A stretch of DNA of 63,025 nt, filler included, from Octopus bimaculoides (taxonomy: Eukaryota), in NCBI RefSeq assembly GCF_001194135.2. It is 5 parts of 5 records of this genome, joined end to end, with 100 filler letters (N's around TTAATTAATTAA, not from the genome) between each part and the next. Parts side by side here need not be neighbours in the genome. Positions count along the whole stretch, not along the records: positions 18,092 to 34,741 come from NC_069003.1; positions 34,842 to 47,920 come from NC_068990.1; 3 more parts are not named here. One strand, written 5' to 3'. Within the stretch, counting starts at the first letter, position 1, and every line of letters begins with the position of its first letter. The notes below the pieces were generated by a model, which saw nothing but the letters and a program-made list of their open reading frames with translations, was not told the origin of the DNA and made no database searches. Below are positions 27,184 to 39,460 of the stretch, in pieces. The position numbers and the translations under genes are program-made.

Positions 27184-27481
27184 GGGAGAGTCATTATGCC
27201 AATATAATTAACATTCACATTGGCTCAATTCCACTCCTTTATTAAATATCCGATTGTAAAGGTTGTAAGAAGCAATGGAAGAGCTTTTATAAATTAAAAC
27301 CTCCATGCTTCCTGAAATTCGCCTACACTCCACCTGATATCCCCCCCCTCCATACGCATGCACACATGTATATCATGACTCATACACTGTTCACTTTCCT
27401 GACTTTTGTACATAATTCTATGCACTGTATATGCATCTTTGATGAGTTGTAGTGCACCTGAGCACTATACACAATAATTTC

Positions 27482-27514
<33 letters not shown>

Positions 27515-27595
27515 TTAAAACAATCGGATATTTAATAAATGAATGGAATTGAACCCATGTGTGTGTGTTAATTATATTGGCATAATGACTCTCCC
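27184..27595. repeat. Inverted repeat with arms of about 75 bp (27184-27257, 27520-27595)
   Basis: GGGAGAGTCATTATGCCAATATAATTAAC...TTTATTAAATATCCGATTGT versus its reverse complement, with a few mismatches. Confidence 0.85.
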
Positions 27596-27708
27596 TAGAC
27601 ACAAGATGTTTCAATACACAAATTCATTAAAGAATCTTGCAAACCAGACGCAAAAAACGAAGTAGATACAATTGTTAATCATAAAATAATATAGCAGTGT
27701 TGATTTAA

Positions 27709-27900
27709 CCCTTTAATATTTAAATGAACCATATCTGATCCAAATATCCAATCTGTTTTATGATCAAGATAGCCAGATCTGGCCTCTCATACTTACCCTA
27801 CAATGTCATTCCAAAACTAAACAATCACATCACTGAAATCTTGAAGCTATGAGATAATGCATAATCAATTCAAAACAATGTAGCCTGCTCTGCTTGATGG
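27709..27900. mobile_element. Truncated copy of the same piggyBac MITE family, opposite orientation
   Basis: TTAA|CCCTTTAATATTTAAATGAACCATATC... matches the reverse complement of the right part of 21532-21746. Confidence 0.65.
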
Positions 27901-27944
27901 GTAATTTCAGTGTACACACACAACTGTGTGTGAGTAATTAATTC

Positions 27945-28475
27945 AAGAGGAAAATTGGGTGTAAGAGGCATCAGATGTTGTGTGCAAGAGAAAAGACTCC
28001 ACTGGTTTTGTCGTGTGATGCATATGGATGAGGACAGTTGTGTAAAGAAGTGCCAAGCTCTGATTGTGGAGGGAACCTGTTGAATAGGTAGACCCAAAAA
28101 GACATAAGATGAAGTGGTGAGAAAAAATCTTCAGACACTGGGTCTCGTTAAGGAAATGACAAGGGATTGGGAGTTGCAGAGATTTGCTGTACTTTAGAAG
28201 ATGTGTCAAGCTAAGTAAAATCGCTGTTATCCATACACAGCAGGCTTGCCCTTTACAGGTGCTGTGACATGTAAAATGCACTTGTGCTGGTGCTATGTCA
28301 ATGCACCCATACCAGTGACATGTAAAAATTACCCAGCACACTCTGCCAAGTGGTTGGTGTGATGAAAGGCATCCAACCATAGAAACCATGCCACACAGAC
28401 AACTGGAGTCCAGACAGGTCCAGTCAGACCATCCAATCCATGTCAGCATGGAAGATAGACATTAAATGATGATGA
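27945..28475 (+). mobile_element. RTE LINE 3' end (ORF2 C-terminus, 3' UTR and GAT tail)
   Basis: RGIRCCVQEKRLHWFCRVMHMDEDSCVKKCQ...GRPKKT*DEVVRKNLQTLGL with stops, running into GAAAGGCATCCAAC...CATCCAATCCATGTCAGCATGGAAG...TAAAT(GAT)n. Confidence 0.85.
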
Positions 28476-28489
28476 CGACGATGATGATG

Positions 28490-28524
<35 letters not shown>

Positions 28525-28903
28525 AATGATGGTGATGATGATGATGATAATGATGATGATGATGATGATGGTGGTGATGATGTAAATAAATAATCATTGC
28601 AGTTGACAGGGTAATCTGATTGCTTAAGAGTTAATGCCCTGAAACTCTTTCCTATAAAAAAAAATTTACTGTGTGTCTGTGTAAAAATAACATACGTAAT
28701 TCCACGTTTTTTCTTAATCACTGTTTTTTCTATATCAGTAGAGGCTAAATTTGTCTTAGCATGTGGTTGCTAGTGGATACAGGCTACTAATGATGCTTGA
28801 AAAAGTAGAAAAATGTATTTAGCAATTCCACTGTCACTGCCAGACACTATTTGTCCACTAATGATACACTTCTGTGGTTTTTAACATTATACATAATCTT
28901 AGA

Positions 28904-29290
28904 GGCGCAGGCGTGACTGTGTGGTAAGAAGCTTGTTTCCCAACCACATGGTTCTGAGTTCAGTCCCACTGTGTGACACCTTGGGCAAGTGCCTTCTACT
29001 ATACGCCAGACTGACCAAAGCCTTGTAAGTGAATTTGGCAGACAGAAACTGAAAGAAGCCTGTCATGTGTGTGTGTGTGTGTGTTTTGACCCCACCACTG
29101 CTTGACAACCGATGTTGGTGTGTTTACGGCCCTGTAACTTTGCAGTTTGGCAAAAATGATCAATAAAATAAGTACCTGGCTTAAAAAGAAAATCAATAAG
29201 AACTGGGGTCGATGCATTTGACTAAAACTTCTTCCAGGCAGTGCCCCAGCATGGCTGCAGTCCAATGACTGAAACAAGTGAAAAGTAAAA
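28904..29290 (+). mobile_element. SINE family 1 with intact 5' end
   Basis: GGCGCAGGCGTGACTGTGTGGTAAGAAGCTTG...GAGTTCAGTCCCAC...tail. Confidence 0.85.
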
Positions 29291-29320
29291 GGTGCGTGTA
29301 TATGTGGGTGCATGTGTATG

Positions 29321-29369
<49 letters not shown>

Positions 29370-29799
29370 AACATGTATGCATGTGAGGGTGTATGTGTGT
29401 ATGTGTGCACATGTGAAATGTGTTATGTATGTGTATATGTTTAAGTGTATATGCGTAAGTGTTGGGTTGTGTGTGCGGGTGGGGGGGTGAAGGATTACCA
29501 TTAATAAAAAGATTAGTTAATCTAAAATATGAAGATTAAAGCAATTAATTAAATCCATGTAACGATATTGTTTAATTTTTTGTCACTTGAAGTTGATCCT
29601 CTTCAGCATCTCAAGCACCCCCATCCTCTTCTCCTCACACCATCCGTCCTATGAACTAGCAAAGCCATTAGGGAATCTCATAAAAATACCTTGTGGTATT
29701 TGTATTGGATGCCTCTCTACTCTTAAATTCAAATCCTGTCAAAGTCAATTTGCCTTTGATCATTTTCTAGGCTGAGAAATAAAATACTGGGCTGCATTC

Positions 29800-30250
29800 T
29801 TCTCTCTCTCTCTCTCTCCCTCTCTCTTTCCCTCTCTCTCTCTCTCTCCCTCTCTCTTTCTTTCTCTCTCTCCCTCTCTCTTTCTTTCTCTCTCTCCCTC
29901 TCTCTTTCTCNNNNNNNNNNTCTCTCTCCCTCTCTCTTTCTTTCTCTCTCTCCCTCTCTCTTTCCCTCTCTCTTTCTTTCTCTCTCTCCCTCTATCTTTC
30001 CCTCTCTCTCTCCCTCTCTCTTTCTTTCTCTCTCTCCCTCTCTCTTTCTCTCTCTCTCCCTCTCTCTTTCTTTCTCTCTCTCCCTCTCTCTTTCTTTCTC
30101 TCTCTCCCTCTCTCTTTCTCTCTCTCTCTCTATCTGTCTATCTATCTATCTATCTATCTCTGTCTCACACCCATTCCCTCTTCATTCCTCCCTCTCCCTC
30201 TTTCTTCCTCCTTCTCCCTCACACTTCTCTCTCTCTCTCTCTCTCTCCTC
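29800..30250. repeat. CT microsatellite with higher-order TCTCTCTCCCTCTCTCTTTCTT units
   Basis: Read directly. Confidence 0.9.
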
Positions 30251-30597
30251 AGCTTTCACATCTTGGATGTCCCACAGGTTTGATGGTGAAAGGGGAAGTG
30301 GGGAAGAGGGTGTCTATATCTATCTGTGTTTGCTGATGACTGCATGGAGACCTTTGACAATTAGCAAAACCATGGTACATGCTTCCAAACCATATTCATT
30401 AATAGGTGATGGCTGGCTCTACTTAAAAGATATCCCTCTGTATAGGAAAAAGATGGGAAGGTTATGACTGGACCACTTTTTAACATAAGTCTGCTTGATG
30501 AGAACTGACCTCAAGCTAAACAACAACAGCAGTAACAACATTAACTACCTCCATAACTTGAAGGTCTGAAACACTAGATAAGGTATAAGTTCTACAT

Positions 30598-30852
30598 CAA
30601 TGGTTCTCAACCAGGATCCACAGGGTCCCAGGGGGTCCAAATAAGATTTTGCTGTTCAAATTTATGTGCAATAAATTGATTATACTTCGAAAATACACAA
30701 AATATATTTTTTTTAATTTATATATAATTCCCAATAATAATTATAAAAATATAATAAGATTCCTTTAAAACATCAAATGGCCATGGGGATCCGTCTGAGT
30801 AAAATAGGAATCAAAGAAGCCCATTGATAAAAAAAATGGTGGAGAACCCCGG
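30598..30852. mobile_element. hAT-type MITE with 8-bp TSD
   Basis: Ends are CAATGGTTCTCAACC and GGTGGAGAACCCCGG. TTCTACAT is duplicated at 30590-97 and 30853-60. Confidence 0.85.
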
Positions 30853-30949
30853 TTCTACATGGTCAATTGATCTGCTAAAAATAGCAACCAAATCACCTTC
30901 AAATCATGCCCAACAATATTAAAGAAAGAAGTCTTAGTCTTAGTTCCTC

Positions 30950-31945
30950 CTATACAGTTGGGTAGCAAGACATTTCCAATAACCTTTGTTTCGAGCATAG
31001 TTACCTGCATTTTCTTAAAGTGATGCTAAGTTGCTACAAATCTTCTTTGAAGCTGGCACACCATATCTTCTTGGGTCTCCTTCTCTTTCTTCATCCTCCT
31101 GATAATTGTTGTTGTTGTTGGCACTCCGTCACTTACAACGTCGAGGGTTCCAGTTGATCCGATCAACGGAACAGCCTGCTCGTGAAATTAATGTGCAAGT
31201 GGCTGAGCACTCCACAGACACGTGTACCCTTAACGTAGTTCTCGGGGATATTCAGCGTGACACAGTGTGACAAGGCTGACCCTTTGAATTACAGGCACAA
31301 CAGAAGCAAAGAGTGAGAGAAAGTTGTGGTGAAAGAGTACAGCAGAGTTCACCTCCAGCCAGAACCTTGTGGACCTTTAGGTGTTTTCGCTCAATAAACA
31401 CTCACAACACCCGGTCTGGGAATCGAAACCGCGATCCTATGACCGCGAGTCCGCTGCCCTAACCACTGGGCCATTGCACCTCCACTAAAAAGATATCCCT
31501 CTGCATAATAATAACCATTGAATAAACATTTTAGGTATTCATTCTTCTAGCAGTCATAAAACATGACCTGCAAATTTTGCTCTCCCTTCCATTGCAAATT
31601 CTTGCAGGTTGTGCAAACTAGCTCTATTCAGGATTTCAGAGCTTGCAATTCTGTCCCTGTAGATGATTTTGAATATTCTGCATAAATATTATTGGTGGAA
31701 TGCATTCAACCTCTGAGTAATCTTGGCAGTCATTTTCAAAGTTTCTCCTGTGTTGGCAGGATAATATTCTGGTACAGCAAAACCTTCATACAGTCGCTAA
31801 TCCAAGTACTGGCCCAAAGAGTGTTCATTCTTCTGAACACAACTGTTATACATTTGATCTTTGCATTCATTTCCGAAGGTTTTCTGCGTAGAGCCGACCT
31901 GACCAAATTGTGTAGTATGTTGGGAAAGCAGATCTCTCTCTATTT
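30950..31945 (-). mobile_element. RTE LINE (second subfamily) RT C-terminal fragment, interrupted by a SINE at 31106-31485
   Basis: EMNAKIKC...FRRMNTLWAS; RLYEGF; KMTAKITQRLNAFHQ*YLCRIFKIIYRDRIASSEILNRA...AKFAGHV; then GG*RKRRRPKKIW...FKEDL at 31095-31000. Confidence 0.75.
31106..31485 (-). mobile_element. tRNA(Arg)-like SINE family 3
   Basis: Head GTGGAGGTGCAATGGCCCAGTGGTTAGGGCAGCGGACTCGCGGTC...GGTTTCGATTCC (A box, TCG anticodon-like loop, B box). Tail GATCGGATCAACTGGAACCCTCG...GACGGAGTGC(CAA)n. Confidence 0.85.
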
Positions 31946-32208
31946 GTCTATCAATTATGAAAATTCTCTCTATATATATAAATATCTATATATAGCCCAA
32001 AACCATTTGATCTGGTGATCCCATCATCTGCTAGAAGATGGTAGGAGTTCGTTCCCCTGCTTGCAATATATACTGGGTGCAGATTGCATTGATAACCAGC
32101 TGGAGGAGGCTCCTCCTGAGTTTAAAAATGGTAGTAACATCAAACAACCATATTGATATGGCGGTAAACATACACCTGCACACACACACACGCACACGCA
32201 CACGCACG

Positions 32209-32257
<49 letters not shown>

Positions 32258-32686
32258 CAGGCTTATTTATTTCAATTTTTGTGGGACTGAGCTTAGGACC
32301 ATGTGGTTGGGAATCAAACTTCTTATTACACAGCCACCACCACCACCACCACCACAATTATTCTAACAACCATAGCACCATAATTGCTATGACAACCACA
32401 GCACCACTACGACAACAGCAACAACATTACTACAACACCACCACTGCCATCGTCACCACCACCATCGACACCTCGACTGCCATCACCAAAATCTCCACCA
32501 TGACCACCACCCTTCTGTGAGTCAGTCAACCAGCGTTGGGGTCTTTCTAATTAATCTATTCAACATGTTAACAGGCGTATAATGCATTCAGGATGTGTGA
32601 GCAGTGTATACAGCATATTCCATTAAATAATATACGCCTACACACATATATGTAAATACATAAATCCACACGCACACCTATATATT

Positions 32687-32734
<48 letters not shown>

Positions 32735-33024
32735 TACACACATATACATACATATACATACATATACATGCATATATATATATGTGTGAGTGTGTGTATA
32801 TACATTTTCATACATATATACACACGCACATTTACATGCATAAATATACATATGCATGTATGTATAAATGTGTGTATATATACACATAGAAATATACTGT
32901 TTCATGTAATGTCTTGTAAAAGATATTTTGTTAGTAGTTCATATGTATGTAATTATCATTATTATTATTATCATTGTTAATATGAATGAGTATTGATGAC
33001 AAATAAATGCCATCATCATCATCA

Positions 33025-33070
<46 letters not shown>

Positions 33071-33077
33071 TATTATT

Positions 33078-33410
33078 AAGGTGGCAAGCTGGGTGAATCA
33101 TTAGCACGCAGGGCAAAATGCTTAGCTGTATTTTACCTGTCTTTTTGTTCTGAGTTCAAAATCCGCTGAGGTCGACTTTGCGTTTCGTCCTTTTGGGGTC
33201 AATGAATTAAGTACCAGTTTAAAACTGAGGTTGATGTAATCGACACATCCCCTCCCCCAAAATAGCTGCCCTTGTGGTAAAATTTGAACCATTATTATTA
33301 TTATTAAGGCGGTGAGCTGGCAGAAGCATTAGCACACCGGGAAAAGTGTTGAGCAGTATTTCATCCAATTTCTGCCATAATCAACTTTGCCTTTCATCTT
33401 TTCACCAATT
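33078..33410 (+). mobile_element. SINE family 2: a full copy (33078-33290) and a partial copy (33306-33410)
   Basis: Two successive AAGG.GG..AGCTGG heads. Confidence 0.75.
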
Positions 33411-33494
33411 GCCCTAAAGGCCAGGCTGATTGTAGTTTGTGTGGGGTTTTCACTAGCAGCCCTTGGAAGTCTCCCTTTTTTTGTCTATTTTAAT

Positions 33495-33637
33495 TGGTTG
33501 GTGTTAGGAAGGGCATCCAGCTCTAAAAACCCTGCCAAAACAAACACAGTAGCCTGGGGTAGTCTTCTACAAGGCTGGCTCCTGTCAAGCCATCCAACCC
33601 ATGCCTGCATGGAAGACAGACCTTAAACGATGATGAT
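33495..33637 (+). mobile_element. RTE LINE 3' UTR fragment
   Basis: GTTGGTGTTAGGAAGGGCATCCAGC...CATCCAACCCATGCCTGCATGGAAG...TTAAAC(GAT)n. Confidence 0.7.
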
Positions 33638-33825
33638 AATTCTTTATTTACATGTTCCAATCCCACTCTACATGTATTGTATTATCCTTTACCATCCCCA
33701 ATCTTTTTATATGAATCCTCAGTGGTTAATAAAGAAATGATTATTATTATTATTATGCTGTTTATTTTTTTCTTCTTTCTTCAAATTTTCTTCCATTTCT
33801 CGCCAAGTGTTTTCTGTACACCTAG

Positions 33826-33876
33826 GGCAGAGAAGCTCATTGTATGCATTCCCAGTTTACACACGCAAATTCACAG
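33826..33876 (+). CDS. Candidate 51-nt internal exon, product unknown
   Basis: Long pyrimidine tract then CCTAG|, donor CAG|GTAAAG. Length is a multiple of 3 and all three frames are open. Confidence 0.3.
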
Positions 33877-34005
33877 GTAAAGTATGTATTAAAAAAATTT
33901 AATAAATAAATAAATTCATGAATGAATGTTGCTTTCACAGCGATAATGCTCTTCTCAGTACATGAGTCGTTCCAGTTAGCACGATTTATTATTATTATTA
34001 TTATT

Positions 34006-34213
34006 AAGTTGGTGAGCTGGTCACAGCTCCAGACAAAATGCTTGGTGGCATTATGCCTGTCCGTACATTATGAGTTCAAATCCCACCATGGTTGATTGTC
34101 TTTGCCTTTCATTTTTTTGGGGTCGATGAAAAATGTACTGTCACACACTGGGGTTGATGTTATTAACCATCTCCCTACCCTAGTATTTCAGGCCCTGTTT
34201 CAACAGTAGAAAG
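34006..34213 (+). mobile_element. SINE family 2, diverged
   Basis: GGTGAGCTGG...GAGTTCAAATCCC...TTGCCTTTCAT...GGGGTCGAT. Confidence 0.7.
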
Positions 34214-34312
34214 AATCGTCATTATCATCATCATCGTCATCATTATCATCATCATGTGGGCACTGAATTCGCAGAATCATTAGAGCAATGGGAAAAATGT
34301 AATCCACTCAGA

Positions 34313-34474
34313 GGCACAGGTGTGGCTATGCGGTAAGAAGCTTGCTTCCCAACCACATGGTTCCAGGTTCAGTTCAACTGCCTGGCACCTAGGGCAGGTG
34401 TCTTCTACTATAGCCTTGGGCCAACCAAAGCCTTGTGAGTGGATTTGTTAAACAGAAACTGAAAGAAGACCATC
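34313..34474 (+). mobile_element. SINE family 1, 5' half
   Basis: Head and body up to the internal (TA)n, where an RTE tail is inserted. Confidence 0.8.
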
Positions 34475-34500
34475 GTGTATGTATATATATATATATATAT

Positions 34501-34741
34501 ATCATCATCATCATCATCATCGTTTAACGTCCGCTTTCCATGCTAGCATGGGTTGGACGATTTGACTGAGGACTGGTGAAACCGGATGGCAACACCAGCC
34601 TCCTATCTAAATTTGGCAGAGTTTCTACAGCTGGATGCCCTTCCTAACGCCAACCACTCAGAGAGTGTAGTAGGTGCTTTTACGTGTCACCCGCACGAAG
34701 GCCAGTCAGGCGATACTGGCAACGGCCACGCTCGAAATGGT
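34501..34741 (-). mobile_element. RTE LINE 3' UTR fragment inserted in the central microsatellite of a SINE
   Basis: Same tail family. Cut by the scaffold join at 34742. Confidence 0.8.
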
Positions 34742-34841
34742 NNNNNNNNNNNNNNNNNNNNNNNNNNNNNNNNNNNNNNNNNNNNTTAATTAATTAANNN
34801 NNNNNNNNNNNNNNNNNNNNNNNNNNNNNNNNNNNNNNNNN
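34742..34841. other. Artificial scaffold-join spacer
   Basis: 44 N + TTAATTAATTAA (34786-97) + 44 N. Confidence 0.95.
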
Positions 34842-35856
34842 ATATATATAAATGTGTGTATGTGTGTTTCTGGCCGAAGGGATGGGTGAATTTGTAAATA
34901 AATTTTCGAGAAACTTCTTACCAAATGTAACATGCAATCAAATCTTAATGTCTTTTATCAAGGCATTAAGATTTACTTGTGTGTTACGTTTTCAACAATT
35001 TCTTCTCTTTGTCTTCAAATACAATTAATATGCATACATGCATACGTACATACACACACACACATATACATACATACATACATACATGCATACATACATA
35101 CATTTTGTGCATTTTGTGCTAGTCCTGAGAGAAAATCATTCGTTCGCCTTCTGTTGTAGCAAACACCGTCCAAATCCCGATGCATTAATGTGTGCGTGTG
35201 ATTGCATATATNNNNNNNNNNNNNNNNNNNNNNNNNNNNNNNNNNNNNNNNNNNNNNNNNNNNNNNNNNNNNNNNNNNNNNNNNNNNNNNNNNNNNNNNN
35301 NNNNNNNNNNNNNNNNNNNNNNNNNNNNNNNNNNNNNNNNNNNNNNNNNNNNNNNNNNNNNNNNNNNNNNNNNNNNNNNNNNNNNNNNNNNNNNNNNNNN
35401 NNNNNNNNNNNNNNNNNNNNNNNNNNNNNNNNNNNNNNNNNNNNNNNNNNNNNNNNNNNNNNNNNNNNNNNNNNNNNNNNNNNNNNNNNNNNNNNNNNNN
35501 NNNNNNNNNNNNNNNNNNNNNNNNNNNNNNNNNNNNNNNNNNNNNNNNNNNNNNNNNNNNNNNNNNNNNNNNNNNNNNNNNNNNNNNNNNNNNNNNNNNN
35601 NNNNNNNNNNNNNNNNNNNNNNNNNNNNNNNNNNNNNNNNNNNNNNNNNNNNNNNNNNNNNNNNNNNNNNNNNNNNNNNNNNNNNNNNNNNNNNNNNNNN
35701 NNNNNNNNNNNNNNNNNNNNNNNNNNNNNNNNNNNNNNNNNNNNNNNNNNNNNNNNNNNNNNNNNNNNNNNNNNNNNNNNNNNNNNNNNNNNNNNNNNNN
35801 NNNNNNNNNNNNNNNNNNNNNNNNNNNNNNNNNNNNNNNNNNNNNNNNNNNNNNNN

Positions 35857-36009
35857 ATATTTCTCTCCCATACTCTAGCGGAACACATGACTGTAGGCTT
35901 TGCCTAACTGAAAAGTTTTACATCCTGAAACACCTTGCGACATCTCTTAGCCAAAAGCACAGAAGAACTGCAGATATGCTGTTTCCGTAGCAAATTTCTC
36001 CTGAAATAA
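35857..36009 (+). mobile_element. Penelope-like element, C-terminus of GIY-YIG endonuclease (Naiad-like ending)
   Basis: PYSSGTHDCRLCLTEKFYILKH, frameshift, KSTEELQICCFRSKFLLK-stop. Matches the PY..CxLCLxEK...C..R.KFLL pattern. Upstream part is in the N gap. Confidence 0.7.
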
Positions 36010-38214
36010 ATTCCACCCATCCGAAATCTTCAGTCTGGCTATAGCTCGATCCTGCAAGCTTCGTGGAGTAATTGCTGTCGACAGTGATGGCCATAGACTA
36101 AGTAGTTTCCTTCTACTCAACTGTAGGACAAGAACACTAACTCTGCTAGCTGTAAATCTCCGACAAATCGATCACATTACCAACCTCCACCTATAACCAC
36201 TGACTTTACAACATTCATATGACATAATACTTACCGCCAATTTTAATATCGTCTGAAACACTAAATGTATATACTTCGTGCGTACTTGAGCGTGTGCTTA
36301 TGTGTGTATGTGTTTGCTTGTGTGAGTGTGATGTATATACAATACATCTATGTGTATGTGCGTCTGTGTGTACTTTTTTGTATATGTGTCTGTGTACGTG
36401 TGTGTGTGCGTGTACGCGCGCGTGCGTGTGTCTAAAACTCTGAGTTACACTGGATTGAATGACTAGCATTTTCCAACAAATATACTCTACTTCCTGTACT
36501 AAGTTCTCTTTTCTTTCGCTTTTACACATAAATGTATGCGTGTGAGCATTTGCGTTTGTCGTTCAGCACTTGAAATCTCGTGTTGATTTGGTTACGTCCC
36601 CATAGCTTTGCGACTCCCCCACCATTTCAAATAAGTACTGGGGTCAAATTCATCGACTAAACTCATCATGGCGGTGCTCCAGCATGGCCGCAATAAAATG
36701 AATTAAGCAATAGGATAGAATAAGTGTTAATAAATATAATTTAAGACTACATCCCAAGACACCTGTGAAACAAATACTAAAACTACACACACATACACAC
36801 ACCCAAGACACACACACACACACACATACACACACCCAAGACACACACACACACACACATACACACACCCAAGACACACACACACATACATACACACACG
36901 TGTTTGTGTGCGCGTGCGTGTTTCTTAATGATACTTATGAAGTGTGTAGTGAATATTTAAGTGTGTGTTTGTGTGAGAGTGTACAGGAGTGCTTATTTGA
37001 GTGTGAGTGTGTGTGATGCATATGTACATATTTGCCTGTTTGTATCTGTGTGTATGTGAGCGTCGATGAGCGCGCTCGCGCGAGCGTCCGTGCGTGTTTG
37101 TACACGTACCTTTCTTTGACAAGCTCTCAACTTTCGTTAACAACCAAACCAGGTTTCTGAAAACCCGGTAGAAAGAACAGTTACCTGAGTGCTGGGTTCG
37201 TACATCAAGAGAATTGCTAAAGTTCATTAGATGGTTGCAGGAGAAATCTAATTTATTATGATTATCATCCCAAAGTCACTGGCGTTGATTATGAAAGCGG
37301 TTATTGGTGAAGAAAATGAATCGGGCGGGAGGGAAGAGAGAGAGGGAGCGGGAGAGTATATGTGGTAGAGAGAGAGACGGAGACAGAGAGACAGAGCGAC
37401 AGATGCAACTAAGAGAAGTTATTGAGAAGAAAGTAAAGACACAGAACAGATGAAATAAATTAGATAGGTGTGGATGTGAAATACTGGTTGGTGGGTGGAA
37501 GTTTTCCATGATGTAACCAAGCTATAAATTCCATTGAAATTTCATCATTTCTATGAACTGAATTAAGACAAGCAAGATGCACTAGATTTATTTCGTGGAT
37601 GTCATTGGGTGAAGGTCGTAAGATTCTGCAAGAGGATTAAATCAAAGTTATTTGGTTTTCTATTAAGCCCTGCCAAAGATATTGACATCTTTTTATTTTC
37701 GTTTTTCATTTTTTCTTTTTTCTTTTTTCTTTTTTTTTTTTCACTACTTTAAAGTAAATGAAATGATATTATTGTGCTAAGAATCTTCGCAGTGGGTTCC
37801 AAACTTCAAATACGCTCCTGGGACATGAGTTAAAAAAGCTTCTGGACTACAGGTCCAGAAGTTAACGTATTTCATGAATATCTGAAATACTGCAAGTCAG
37901 TTTTCTTGTCGGCAACTGCTGACGTATGAACTTCAGTCGTTTCCATAATTTCATCTCTGGGCCGAGAGATGCCTACAAACCGATTTCACGTTTAAATTCA
38001 GAGCTGCTCTCACAACTTCTGTATTTTATAGGTACATAACAGTCGGTCAGTGCCCTCTAAATGAAATAAGATACCTTTCACAGATTTCTTCTACTTGTTT
38101 CAGTCATATTTATTGCTGATATTTTTTTTCGTACTCTTATCTTGTAATAAATCAATAAAATTATTTACTACAAAATCAACTGGAAAATGATACTTTATTA
38201 ACGCATAGTAGAAA

Positions 38215-38405
38215 ACGGCGAGCTAGTAAAATTGTTACCACGCCGGACAAAATGCTTAGCAATATTGCTTCCGGCTATACGTCCTGAGTTCACCGAAGTA
38301 GAACTTTGCTTTTCATCCTTTCCGAAGTCAATAGATATAAGTACCAGCTGAGTACTGGGTTTGGTGTAACTGAGTCGCTCCCAGACACAAATTTCAGGTA
38401 GAAAT
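38215..38405 (+). mobile_element. SINE family 2, diverged
   Basis: GGCGAGCTAG...AAATGCTTAGC...TTTGCTTTTCATCC...AAGTACCAG. Confidence 0.7.
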
Positions 38406-38709
38406 AATTATTAAAGTATGTTAAATCGTAAAACCTAAAGTATAAAATTTTAGCAGTGAATTTGTAGGAAATTTTGGCATGAAGTCATTGACATAAGAGC
38501 TTAGACTTAAATTAAATCAGTTATCACCGGTGTCTGCACTCTGATCTGTTCATATGGTCAAGAAGTTCTTTTATCTAATTTATAGAATGATTCAATATGT
38601 ATTTGTAACAGAAAAATAAGAAACAGAACGACTTTTTCGATTATCGTTTGTAATCATTGGTTTTTGTTACTGAACAAATAAACTCGTGAAACCAACTTCT
38701 TTTTCCTAG

Positions 38710-38778
38710 TCATTGTATAATGCTGTTAGAGCAACATTTCGAACCGGTGTGATGTACAGTTGTTCAACTCATTTTAAG
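38710..38778 (+). CDS. Candidate 69-nt internal exon (SLYNAVRATFRTGVMYSCSTHFK), product unknown
   Basis: Branch-like TACTGAAC, acceptor TTCTTTTTCCTAG|, consensus donor AAG|GTAAGT. 23 codons, and only the phase-0 frame is open. Confidence 0.45.
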
Positions 38779-38869
38779 GTAAGTAATACCGAGTATCTCA
38801 TTCGGTGTTGTTGTCAGTAAGGTCCCTTTCTTTTCCAGGGTTTTTTTTTTCACATATTCTGGGTTACAC

Positions 38870-39460
38870 AACCTGATACATAATCTCAAATACTAGGATC
38901 CGTTTCCAGCCCTCAGAATGTCTGACACCTAATTGCAAGGTCTTGGTTAGTTTGCACAGAAAACCTTGTATCTTCTGTCAACATCTAGGTACCTGTATGC
39001 AGAAAAATCTGATATCTATAACCAAAAGTTAGGTACCATTCCCAACCCAGAAAAGTCTGGTACCTATTCTCAGTAGCTAAGTACTTTCCCAAAATGTTTG
39101 GTACCTAATGCCAAAAGCTAGGTACATTTCTCAGACCCGCAAAAAAACTGATACTTACTGGCAACAACTTGGTATCTTTCCTAGAAATGGTTGGTATTTA
39201 ATGCCAAAAGTGTGGTACATTTCGCAACCAAGAACAATCTGAAATTTGTTGCTAATATATCGGTACATTTGCACATTAGAGGTTTAGTAACTATTGCCAG
39301 CAGGTACCTTTGCACAGAAACGTCTGGTATCCATTGCCAACAGTTAGGTACCTTTCATAGAAAAGCTAATACGTAATGCCAGCCGCAAGGTATATTTGCA
39401 CAGAAAAATCTAGTATCTATTGCCAAAATCTAGGTACATTTTCTAGCCCAGAAAATTCTG
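38870..39460. repeat. Degenerate minisatellite, unit about 44 bp built from about 22-bp halves
   Basis: Recurrent GGTAC(C/A)TTT..CAGAAAA.TCTGGTATC.ATTGCCAA.A motif. Confidence 0.7.

Noticed and set aside
31400-31485. tRNA-Arg gene
   Set aside because: It continues into a SINE body and tail, and the acceptor stem is not intact. The same applies to the tRNA-like heads of SINE families 1 and 2.
32335-32520. His/Thr-rich ORF end
   Set aside because: It is a degenerate ACC/CAC repeat following a SINE head, in an ORF that otherwise reads through a CA microsatellite.
36010-36230. Expected hammerhead after the PLE fragment ending at 36009
   Set aside because: No CUGANGA...GAAA arrangement with closing stems was found.
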